64,000 nucleotides of DNA from an uncultured Chloroflexia bacterium (lineage in GTDB: Bacteria; Chloroflexota; Limnocylindria; Limnocylindrales; CSP1-4), in NCBI GenBank assembly GCA_963706095.1, contig OY970149.1, forward strand, positions 146,183 to 210,182, read 5' to 3'. The position numbers and the translations under genes are program-made. Shown here one piece after another: positions 52,864 to 63,197 of this stretch. How positions within the stretch are numbered: position 1 is the first letter of the stretch; each line of letters opens with the position of its first letter. The notes beneath the pieces were generated by a model. The model was not told the origin of the DNA. It did not search any database and saw only the letters and a list, made by a program, of their open reading frames with translations.

Positions 52864-52914
52864 ACCCTAGTGGGCTTGATCTAAGCCCCGGAGGCGGGCG
52901 GCTCGACGTTCAAG

Positions 52915-53916
52915 CTACCTCGGAATTTCGCGGCGGACCGCGTGAGCATCCTTTTCGCGGTCGAGGCCCTTGTAGGCCGCCTGCCGAACAAGCCCGTCAC
53001 TGGTCCAGCTGGCGAACTCGGCGCGAATGACGAGCTCTGGACGCACCCAATGGGCATTCCGAGAGGCAGTCCGTGGAGGCGGCGGCGTGAAAGGTGTGTC
53101 GTCGGTCGCCAGCGAGGGCAATAGACCGAGCAGCTCGGCCCGCTTGACTCCAGTGAAACCGGTGCCGATCTTGCCCGCGTAGCGCAGCACGCCGTCGTCG
53201 AAGACGCCAACGAGGAGCGCGGCAAGATCCGTGGCGGCACCGATCCCGGTTGTCCAGCCGCCGACGACGAGCTCCTGCTCGGGCCGGATCTTGATCTTCT
53301 GCCAGGTCAGCGAGCGCCGGCCTGGCTCATACGGGGAGCGTCGGTTCTTCGCCATGATCCCCTCGAGCCGGCGCTCCTTCGCCGCGGCGAACGCGGCCAC
53401 GCCGTCACGATCCGTGTGCTCGCTAAACCGAACTCGGGGATCCGGCCGCAAGGCTTCTTGGAGAAGACGTCGTCGTTCCTCTAGCGGCTCGCTCAAGAGC
53501 GAGCGCCCATCCACGAACAGGAGGTCAAACACGACGTACAGGAATGGCGCTCCGCCGCTATCCACAGCGCGGCCCTTGATGCCGGCCTGCAGCCGAGCGA
53601 AGTCGGGCTCACCGTGTCCGTCCACGGCAATTACTTCACCGTCCACGATCGCCTGATTTGTTGCGATCCACGTCGCTGGCTCGAGGAACGAGCCGAAGTA
53701 GCGAGTCGCGTCTAGGCCGCCGCGAGTCAGCGGGCGCACGCTGCCTCCATCGACGATGGCTTCGACCCTGAAACCGTCCCACTTGACTTCGAACAGCCAT
53801 TCGGGGTCGTCGAACGGCTCGGCAACGAGCGTCGCGTTCATGGGCGGGATGAATGCCGGCATGCGGTTCGCAGGGGGCACGGAGCGAATGTACACGCCGT
53901 CAAGGGCCCCGGTCAT
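52915..53916 (-). CDS. ATP-dependent DNA ligase (LigD ligase-domain-like)
   Basis: Adenylation motif I EVKWDGFRVEA plus later ligase/OB-fold blocks (LEGIMAKNRRSPYEPGRRS..WQKIK). The start could be the ATG at 53862. Confidence 0.85.
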   Translation of the reverse strand: MTGALDGVYIRSVPPANRMPAFIPPMNATLVAEPFDDPEWLFEVKWDGFRVEAIVDGGSVRPLTRGGLDATRYFGSFLEPATWIATNQAIVDGEVIAVDGHGEPDFARLQAGIKGRAVDSGGAPFLYVVFDLLFVDGRSLLSEPLEERRRLLQEALRPDPRVRFSEHTDRDGVAAFAAAKERRLEGIMAKNRRSPYEPGRRSLTWQKIKIRPEQELVVGGWTTGIGAATDLAALLVGVFDDGVLRYAGKIGTGFTGVKRAELLGLLPSLATDDTPFTPPPPRTASRNAHWVRPELVIRAEFASWTSDGLVRQAAYKGLDREKDAHAVRREIPR

Positions 53917-54053
53917 TGAGTCGGCGTGTGATCAAGCTGTGACTCGAATGTGACAACGCCAGCGCCCTCAGATACCTCCCTCGAGGGGGCACGCGTGCAA
54001 TCGTTCGCGCGTGGCCACGCGCCGAGGGAGCGGCGGCTTCGGCGCTGCATGTC

Positions 54054-54072
54054 GGACTGCTAGCCTGTCGGC
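54054..54072 (+). promoter_or_regulatory. Conserved 19-nt element GGACTGCTAGCCTGTCGGC upstream of the DUF4242-cyclase gene (copy 2)
   Basis: Identical to 44913-44931. TAGCCT at 54061-54066 lies 9 nt before the ATG at 54076. Confidence 0.35.
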
Positions 54073-54075
54073 GCC

Positions 54076-54882
54076 ATGCCGTATTTCATGGATCGCCACG
54101 AGCTCGTGGGAGCTTCGCCCGCCGACATCGCCGCGGCGCACGCAATGGACGTCGCCGCGCAGGACCGCTATGGCGTGGAGTACGTGACCTACTGGTTCGA
54201 CTTTGCGAACGGACACGGGTTCTGCCTGGCGCGCGGGCCCGACCAGGCGACTGTCGAAAGAGTTCACCGAGAGACTCACGGCCAGGTCGCGAGCGAGATC
54301 ATCGAGGTTGAAGAGGCAATGGTGACGCGACTCATGGGCGGCATTGCCACCTATCCCGTTGGCGAGGTTTACGAGGACAGCGCCTTCCGCGCGATCCTCT
54401 TCACGGACCTGGTCGGGTCGACGGATTTGACCGATCGCCTGGGCGATCTGGCCGCAATGGACGTACTACGGCAGCACGACACGATCGTTCGCAGAGCCAT
54501 CAAGACCTGCAACGGGTCCGAGGTCAAGCACACAGGCGACGGCATCATGGCCTCGTTCCGATCGGTGGTGGATGCGCTGCGGGCCGGGGTGGCCATCCAG
54601 CGCGGGTTCGACGAAGCCACAAGGACAGGGGAGATACCGTGTGGCGTTCGTATCGGTATTGCCGCGGGAGAGCCCGTCGCCCAATCCGACGATCTTTTCG
54701 GGGCCGCCGTTCAGCTGGCGGCGCGACTGACCGCCAAGGCGAAGCCGGGCAGCATCTTGGTCTCGGCCGCCGTGCGCGACCTGGCCCTGGGCAAGGGCTT
54801 CCAGTTCGCTGCACTTCCGGCGTCTCGCATGAAGGGTTTCGCCGAGCCCATTCGTCTCGCCGAGGTCCTCTGGGCGACCTGA
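54076..54882 (+). CDS. DUF4242 (SCO4226-like) domain - class III cyclase fusion, paralogue 2
   Basis: Collinear with 44935-45738 (MPYFMDRHELVG...YWFDFANGHGFCLARGP...ILFTDLVGSTD...KHTGDGIMASF...GAAVQLAARL). Confidence 0.85.
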   Translation: MPYFMDRHELVGASPADIAAAHAMDVAAQDRYGVEYVTYWFDFANGHGFCLARGPDQATVERVHRETHGQVASEIIEVEEAMVTRLMGGIATYPVGEVYEDSAFRAILFTDLVGSTDLTDRLGDLAAMDVLRQHDTIVRRAIKTCNGSEVKHTGDGIMASFRSVVDALRAGVAIQRGFDEATRTGEIPCGVRIGIAAGEPVAQSDDLFGAAVQLAARLTAKAKPGSILVSAAVRDLALGKGFQFAALPASRMKGFAEPIRLAEVLWAT

Positions 54883-54970
54883 CCTCAAGCGCCATGATGT
54901 CGGGCGCCGCTACAAGCGTCTGGCCGCGGCGTAGCCGGGTGAGTAGACATCGCGCGGCGCCCGCGATAAG

Positions 54971-55483
54971 TCAGCGGCGGCAGGCCGACTCGTAGCGCGC
55001 CAGCTCCTCGTCCAGGTCGAGCAGGCGACGATGCGCAATCGCCTTCGGCGCTTCCATGTTGACCTTGACGATCGCCTTGTTCGCACGCACAACCAGATCC
55101 GTAAGCGTGTCGCAATCTCGTTTGCGGGCGAACACCGAAGGCGCCCGCCCCGATTGCGCGCGTTTCAGGATGGCATCGCGCTTCGTCAGCAACTCGAATG
55201 CTTCCTTGTTCGCCTCGATCCACGGCGGAGCGACACCGGCGCTCTTGAGCATGTGAAAGACGAGCGCTAGGTCGCCGGCATAGGGATTCTGGTCGTTCGG
55301 CAATGGCTTGCCCTGGTGCGGCAGATTGTCGAACTTGCCGCTTTCTATCGCGTCGCGTATCTGTCGCTCGATTAGCGTGTCCCAGTTCGGGCCGAAGTGC
55401 ACGTTCTCGTCGGCGTCAACACGTTTGGCAAGATGCTTCTTGTCGCGGACGCCTGGCATGGGTCGAGGATAAGAGGCCGACAA
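54971..55483 (-). CDS. DUF1992 (DnaJC28-like) domain protein
   Basis: WDTLIERQIRDAIESGKFDNLPHQGKPLP...NPYAGD...MLKSAGVAPPWIE is the characteristic DUF1992 block. Confidence 0.75.
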   Translation of the reverse strand: MSASYPRPMPGVRDKKHLAKRVDADENVHFGPNWDTLIERQIRDAIESGKFDNLPHQGKPLPNDQNPYAGDLALVFHMLKSAGVAPPWIEANKEAFELLTKRDAILKRAQSGRAPSVFARKRDCDTLTDLVVRANKAIVKVNMEAPKAIAHRRLLDLDEELARYESACRR

Positions 55484-55558
55484 GAGAGTCCTGGGTACCT
55501 GGGGGCTACTGCTAACCTCCTGACACGCGCCCGCTGGCGCAGCAGAGGAGGGGTTGCA

Positions 55559-56233
55559 ATGCCCGGTGCGCGTCGCCTAACGGTTGTCCTGTTCGCAACA
55601 GCGTGGATAGTCAGCGCCTGTGTGAGCGTGACGCCTCCCGCACAGACAGGGTCGCCTGTCGCGCTGCCCACCGACTCCGGCGCCCTGCCGACGCAAGAGA
55701 CGGTCTCCAGCGAGCCGCCCCCCGTCGAGCCGACCTTTGGCCCGACCGCAACGCCGCCGCCAGCCGTTCCACCGTCACTGAGCCCCGACCCGGGGGCGAG
55801 CCCGAGCCCGACACGCCGCCCGAGTCCGACTCGAACGCCGCGACCGACCGAGGCGCCGACGCCGTCACCGATCGAGACGCCGCAGGTCGTCGACCTCCGA
55901 GCCGTGTCCTACTTCGTGCGAACCGGCCAGTCCGGCGACCGCAACTACATATTCGTGGACGTGGTGGTCAGGAACAACGGCAATGTCCGCTCCGGGCCCT
56001 ACGACGTGGTCATCAGTTGCCGCGGTTCGTCGTCCTCCATGAACCTGGACGCCCTCGGACGAGGCCGGTCGGTCGACCTGACCTTCTCGTTCCCAGCCGA
56101 TGGCCCGCCCGGCAACGAATATGTCGGCGTTGGCTGGGTCTACGTCAACACCGCGGATGAATCACATAACTTCGCCATGGATGTGGTCACCGGCGACCCA
56201 GTCACCGGTGACCCGCAGCTCTGCGTGAACTAG
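55559..56233 (+). CDS. Lipoprotein with CARDB-like C-terminal domain
   Basis: RBS GAGGAGGGG. Lipobox IVSAC, a long Pro/Thr/Ser linker and DLRAVSYF...VVVRNNGNVRSGPYDVV. Confidence 0.6.
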   Translation: MPGARRLTVVLFATAWIVSACVSVTPPAQTGSPVALPTDSGALPTQETVSSEPPPVEPTFGPTATPPPAVPPSLSPDPGASPSPTRRPSPTRTPRPTEAPTPSPIETPQVVDLRAVSYFVRTGQSGDRNYIFVDVVVRNNGNVRSGPYDVVISCRGSSSSMNLDALGRGRSVDLTFSFPADGPPGNEYVGVGWVYVNTADESHNFAMDVVTGDPVTGDPQLCVN

Positions 56234-56514
56234 CCGTAGTTTCCCCGAGCGGCCAGCATCGGGCCGCAGTCGGAGGGGCTGACCGACAGTTGTCGACGTT
56301 CACACTGTGTGCGGTGGGACTCGCTCGGGCGGCGGGCCTCGCCGTCCTCACCGGGGTCGGTCTCATCAAGCGGTGCCTGACTTCCGTCAACGTATGAGAT
56401 GCGCGGATCACGAGTGGGGTCGGCGTCGTGACTGCGATACGGTCGCGAACCAGCTCCGTAAATGCCGGCACGGCCACGAGGCCGGGCGGACGATCCCGAT
56501 AACCTTCAGTCGAA

Positions 56515-58197
<1,683 letters not shown>

Positions 58198-58220
58198 CGC
58201 GTGGCGCTGATGGAGGCTTC

Positions 58221-59729
58221 ATGGGCATAGAGCTCCAATTTCTGGGAGCTGCGGGCTGCGTGACCGGCTCGCAGTTCCTGGTCAGGGTAGGCCAGCGCAG
58301 CATCCTGGTCGACTGCGGGATGTTCCAGGGATCGCCTGAGGAGATCGCGCGCAATCGGCTGCCGTTCGTCTTCGAGGCCGAGGAGCTGGATGCCGTACTC
58401 CTGACGCACGCTCACCTCGATCATTGCGGTCGGTTACCGGCGCTCGTCAAGGCCGGCTTCAGCGGCCCCGTATTTGCGACCCACGCCACGGTCGACCTCG
58501 CCGAGATCGTGCTTCGTGACTCGGCCAAGCTGCAGGTGGAATACGCGGCCCGGTGGCTGCGCAAGCACCCCGAGGCCGCGGCGGCCGCAGATGCCGGGTC
58601 CGAGGCTGACGCGCAGGAAGTGGACGATCCGAGCCTGCCGGAGCGACTGCGTTCGGCGCCGCGCGAAGGCCGGACGATGACGCGCGCGGCGCTCTACGCA
58701 GAGGCGGACGTCGATCAGACGATGCGCCAGACGCGTGGCGTCGACTACGGGGCGGAGGCCGCGATCACGGACGGCGTGCGTGCCGTATTCCACGACGCGG
58801 GCCACATCCTGGGCTCCGCCATCATCGAGCTGCGCCTGAGCGACGAAGACCGGGAGATGACCCTGGTCTTCTCTGGCGACCTGGGACGCAACGACACGGC
58901 GATAATCCGAGACCCCACGCCGCTGACGCACGCTGACCACGTCGTCGTCGAGTCGACCTACGGCAACCGCGAGCACGCGTCGCACGATGCCGCGGTAGAG
59001 GAGCTGGTGCAGGCGATCGGGGAGGTGGCCGACAGCCGCGGTGTGCTTCTCGTCCCGGCGTTCGCGATCGGTCGCACGCAGGAGCTCGTCTGGGTACTAG
59101 ACGACCTGGTCCGCGACGGTCGGATCGAGCGCCTGCCCCTGTACCTCAATTCGCCCATGGCCAGCCGTGCGACCACCGTCTATCGCGAGCATCCGGAAGC
59201 CTACGACGAGGAGACGACCGCCCTGGTCGCTGGTGGTGAGTCGCCGCTCGAGTATCCCGGGCAGCAGTTCACCGACACGGTCGAGCAGTCCAAGGCGATC
59301 CGGCGTGCTCCACGCCCGATCATGGTCGTCGCCAGCTCGGGCATGCTCACCGGCGGGCGGATCATGCACCACCTCAAGGACTTCCTGCCCGATTCCACGT
59401 GCACCCTGCTGTTCATCGGGTACCAGGGCGAGGGAACGCTCGGCCGCCATCTCCAGGACGGCGCGGAGACAGCGCGCATCGACGGCGAGGAGTACCCCGT
59501 GCGCTGCCGAGTCCGCTCCATCTCTGGCTTCTCAGCGCACGCTGATCAGCACGAACTGGAGGCGTGGCTCGGGCACTTTGTTGCCCAGTCCGGCGCCAGC
59601 GAGCGACCCAAGACTGTGTTCATCGTCCACGGCGACCCCGAAGCGGCGGACGCGTTCGCGACCCGTATCAACAGCGCTATGGGTTTGACGGCGCACGTCG
59701 CGCAACACCTGGAGCCGGTCACGATCTAG
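58221..59729 (+). CDS. MBL-fold beta-CASP family RNA-metabolising hydrolase
   Basis: LLTHAHLDHCGRLP (HxHxDH), then beta-CASP-type spacing with the late motifs VESTYG, SGFSAHAD and IVHGD. Confidence 0.85.
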   Translation: MGIELQFLGAAGCVTGSQFLVRVGQRSILVDCGMFQGSPEEIARNRLPFVFEAEELDAVLLTHAHLDHCGRLPALVKAGFSGPVFATHATVDLAEIVLRDSAKLQVEYAARWLRKHPEAAAAADAGSEADAQEVDDPSLPERLRSAPREGRTMTRAALYAEADVDQTMRQTRGVDYGAEAAITDGVRAVFHDAGHILGSAIIELRLSDEDREMTLVFSGDLGRNDTAIIRDPTPLTHADHVVVESTYGNREHASHDAAVEELVQAIGEVADSRGVLLVPAFAIGRTQELVWVLDDLVRDGRIERLPLYLNSPMASRATTVYREHPEAYDEETTALVAGGESPLEYPGQQFTDTVEQSKAIRRAPRPIMVVASSGMLTGGRIMHHLKDFLPDSTCTLLFIGYQGEGTLGRHLQDGAETARIDGEEYPVRCRVRSISGFSAHADQHELEAWLGHFVAQSGASERPKTVFIVHGDPEAADAFATRINSAMGLTAHVAQHLEPVTI

Positions 59730-60101
59730 GATCAGCGGGTGATGACCGAACCGGCGCACTCCGCCAAACGGCTTGGCGAAGGCCGGCCGTCGATCCGGGC
59801 GTTGCTGACGGACGATGCGTCGCTGCCGTACTGGACCGCCGTCGCCGCTTAGCTGGTCGTCACCTCGGTCGTCGGCGCCCGGACCGGACAGATGAACCTG
59901 GGTCTAACCGTGGCACGACCCTTGTGGTCGGGCTCGGCACGCTATCGATCAGCCAGATCATCTTCTGAGGCGCCGGCTCAGTGCCGGTTCACGCGGACGC
60001 AGTCCAGGCACGCACCATCTCGGTTCAGGAAGACGTTCAGCGATCGCGCACGCACGGACAACGCCGGGCCAGCGGCCACTGGTGCGCGGTAGGCTCAACA
60101 C

Positions 60102-63100
60102 GTGGGAGAGGTCGGCCAGCGCAAGAACGTCACGGTGCTGTTCGCGGACCTTGTCAATTCGACGGCGATGGCAGAGCGGATCGACCCGGAAGCGCTCGCC
60201 GAGCTGCTGTCCAGTTACTTCACGGCGATGCGCTCCGTCATCGAGCGTCATGGCGGCAGCGTGGAGAAATACATAGGCGATGCGGTCGTCGGCATGTTCG
60301 GCGTGCCGACTTCGCATGAGGACGATGCCGTCCGGGCGGTTCGCGCTGCGCTCGCGATGCACGATGCGCTCGATGCGCTGAACGCCGAGGTAGAACAGCG
60401 CTTCGGCGTGCGACTGGCGGCACGCATTGGCATCAACACGGGTGACGTCGCGCTTAGCCGAGAGGGCACCGGCGGTCAGCCAGCGGGGATGGCGATCGGG
60501 CACACGATGAACATGGCTGCTCGCCTTGAACAGGCCGCAGGCGCAGGCGAAGTGCTCATCGGTGAGCGCACTCACGAACTCGCCGTGGCGTCGATCGAAG
60601 ATGAATCGGTCGGCTCCCTCGAGGTAAAGGGCTCGAGCGCGCCGATCGAAGCGTGGCGGGTCGTCGGCACCGTGGACCGCAGCCGCGCCGGGTGGGAAGG
60701 GAAGGGACTGTTCGTCGGGCGGGAAAAGGAGATCTCCATCATCCAGGCGGCCATGGCGACCGCCACCCAGGAGCGGGCATGTGTGGTCGTAACCGTCGTC
60801 GCGCCACCGGGGATGGGCAAGTCCCGCCTCGCGGCCGAATCAACGAGACGGCTCGCCAGCCACGCACAGATCGTCGTCGGCCGGTGCGCGCCCTACGGCG
60901 AGGGCATCACCTATGCGCCGCTCGCCGAGATCGCTGAGAGCGCCGGATCGGCTCGGACGCCGGCGGGAGAAGAGGTGGTCGACCGCGCGCGACTCGCCTT
61001 CGCCAACACCGCGTTGGCGTCACCGGAGGAAACGGCCTGGGTGTTCAAACAGCTGTTGGAGACGATGGCTGAACGGAAGCCCCTCGTCGCCGTGATCGAC
61101 GATCTCCACTGGGCAGAGCCACTCCTGATCGATGTGCTCGACTATGTCGCCACGCTGTCGGTCGGTCACCCGATCCTCCTGCTGTGCCTGTCTCGGCCCG
61201 ACCTCTTTGACACGCGCCCGGAGTGGGCGACGCCACGTCCGCACGCCGTTACCGTCAGATTGGAACCGTTGACGGCCGATGAGACCGATGCCCTGCTTGC
61301 GACCAACGAAGCCCTTGTCGCGGATCCGGACGCGCGGCGCGAGATCGTTGATGCTGCGGCAGGCGTGCCGTTGTTCGTCGAGCAGATCGCGGCGCTGAGG
61401 TCGGAAGGGGAGGGCGGCGTGCCCGCCAGCGTGCGCGCGCTCCTGGCCGCCCGCGTTGATCGGCTGCAGCCAGCGGAGCGAACTCTGCTCGAGCGGGCCG
61501 CGATACAGGGCGAAGTCTTCGACAGACAGGCGGTCGCTGCACTCCTTGCAGAGCAGGCGGAGTCCCCGGTTGGCGGAACGCTCATGGGCCTCGTACGACG
61601 GGAGTACATCCGACCCGAACGCTCCGCGGACGGCGGCGAAGGCTTCCAATTCAGCCACGCGCTGCTTCGTGACGCGGTCTACGACCAGATGGCGCACAGG
61701 CTGCGCTCGCAGTTGCACGAGCGACTCGTCGACTTCCTGTCCTCGGCCGACGGCGACGCGGAAGTGATTGCCCACCATCTTCAGCGAGCTCACGCAGAGC
61801 GGTCGGTGATGGGCGCGACCGACCCAGAGACTGTTCGGCTCGCGATGCGCGCCGGCGAGGCACTTCACGCGGCCGGAAGGCGCGCTCTCGCTCGGAAGGA
61901 ATGGCAGCACGCGCGTGACGTATTGGAACGCGCTCGAGCGCTGGTGGCCGCCGAGCCCAAGACGGAGCTCGGCGTGCTGGTCGACCTGATCCAGGCCTAC
62001 GGCGAACTGGCCGATTGGGAGCGGGCGGCCGAGGTCCACCAGGAAGCGCTGGAATCAGCACGGTCAATGGGCGACGTGTCCGCCGAGCTGCGCTCTGAGA
62101 TGGCGTGGGCGCCGCGGCAGGCCCGCCGCGGGGACGTTCAGTGGCAGGAGCGGATTTCTGCTCTCGCCGACCGCGCTGTGGAGCATTTTTCGAACGTCGG
62201 CGACGACGCTGACATGGCGAACGCGCTCATGTTGACGGCCTTCATGCCGTTCAGCACAGATATCAGCCGCTCGATCGAAGTGATGCGCCAGGCACAGGTC
62301 CATGCGGAAAAGGCCGGCGACGAGCGGATGCAGATCGAGATCTGGGACGAGCTGGGCGGTGCAATGCTCTTCGGCCCAACTCCGTACGCCGAGATCCTGG
62401 AGTTTGTTCAGCGCGAGGTCATCTGGGCGCGGCAGCGCGGCATCGCCTTCACCGAAGCGGACGGACTATTGGGTCAGGCATACATCGTCGCCGCAGCGGG
62501 TGACACGGCCGAGGCGCGACGGGCCGTCGCTGTGGTCAGGGAGCTGTTTGCCCAATTGCCGGGGTTCGTCTCACAGCTCGGAGAGAGCGACATCCTGGCT
62601 GCCTCGATCGAGATCGATGCCGGCGATCTCGTCGCGGCCGAGTCGCTTTGCAGACGTGCGCTGGAAACCCTGGAGAAGGCGGACGACACGCTTTGGGGGA
62701 GGTCGGCAGCCATTGGGCTCGCTGAATTGCTGGTGGACCTCGACCGTCCCGAGGAGGCTCGCGTGCTGCTGGACGAGCTCGATCGACGTGCGTTGGTGTG
62801 GGGCGCCCGGCCCAGGTCACGCTACCTGCAGGCTCGGGCGAAGCTTGCCATGGCGGACGGTGATGCGGAGGTGGCCTTACGGCTTGCGCGCGAAGCCGTG
62901 GACCTGCTCGCCAACGTCGAAGCCCTCCAGAACGAGGCTCGAGCCCACGAGGTGCTCGGTGACCTGCTTGCGCTAACCGGCGACATAGTCAGTTCGAACG
63001 CCGAGCTGGCGCAGGCCCGAGCGCTTTACGCAGCGAAGGGCTACCTCCCCGGAGAGCACCGTGTCGCCGACAAGCTCAACTTCGTCGCGCAACAACCATC

Positions 63101-63107
63101 GGACTGA
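60102..63107 (+). CDS. Class III cyclase - AAA/NB-ARC-like ATPase - TPR protein (STAND-type)
   Basis: CHD (VTVLFADLVNSTA...KYIGDAVVGMFG...GINTGDV...GHTMNMAARLE), Walker A VAPPGMGKSRL, Walker B-like LVAVIDDLHWAE and a helical TPR-like C-terminus of about 450 aa. GTG start. Confidence 0.85.
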   Translation: MGEVGQRKNVTVLFADLVNSTAMAERIDPEALAELLSSYFTAMRSVIERHGGSVEKYIGDAVVGMFGVPTSHEDDAVRAVRAALAMHDALDALNAEVEQRFGVRLAARIGINTGDVALSREGTGGQPAGMAIGHTMNMAARLEQAAGAGEVLIGERTHELAVASIEDESVGSLEVKGSSAPIEAWRVVGTVDRSRAGWEGKGLFVGREKEISIIQAAMATATQERACVVVTVVAPPGMGKSRLAAESTRRLASHAQIVVGRCAPYGEGITYAPLAEIAESAGSARTPAGEEVVDRARLAFANTALASPEETAWVFKQLLETMAERKPLVAVIDDLHWAEPLLIDVLDYVATLSVGHPILLLCLSRPDLFDTRPEWATPRPHAVTVRLEPLTADETDALLATNEALVADPDARREIVDAAAGVPLFVEQIAALRSEGEGGVPASVRALLAARVDRLQPAERTLLERAAIQGEVFDRQAVAALLAEQAESPVGGTLMGLVRREYIRPERSADGGEGFQFSHALLRDAVYDQMAHRLRSQLHERLVDFLSSADGDAEVIAHHLQRAHAERSVMGATDPETVRLAMRAGEALHAAGRRALARKEWQHARDVLERARALVAAEPKTELGVLVDLIQAYGELADWERAAEVHQEALESARSMGDVSAELRSEMAWAPRQARRGDVQWQERISALADRAVEHFSNVGDDADMANALMLTAFMPFSTDISRSIEVMRQAQVHAEKAGDERMQIEIWDELGGAMLFGPTPYAEILEFVQREVIWARQRGIAFTEADGLLGQAYIVAAAGDTAEARRAVAVVRELFAQLPGFVSQLGESDILAASIEIDAGDLVAAESLCRRALETLEKADDTLWGRSAAIGLAELLVDLDRPEEARVLLDELDRRALVWGARPRSRYLQARAKLAMADGDAEVALRLAREAVDLLANVEALQNEARAHEVLGDLLALTGDIVSSNAELAQARALYAAKGYLPGEHRVADKLNFVAQQPSD

Positions 63108-63197
63108 ACGCGGTTACCTGTGACGCGGTAGCGCGGTTGCCCCCGCGATATAGTCGGAGCGGCCACCATCCGATTCTTTCGAGTGAGAGCGTCGTAC

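Noticed and set aside
61020-62039. 339-aa minus-strand ORF inside the STAND cyclase gene, and similar long antisense or off-frame ORFs at 7491-8444, 3005-4204, 1640-2581 and 59958-60575
   Set aside because: Each lies within a gene that has strong family motifs on the other strand or frame. Stop-codon scarcity in GC-rich DNA explains them.
63108-63197. Promoter call from TATAGT (63149-63154) upstream of the terminal lipoprotein gene
   Set aside because: No acceptable -35 element lies at 16-19 nt spacing; the nearest TTGACA-like hexamer is 23 nt away. The support is insufficient to list it as a feature.
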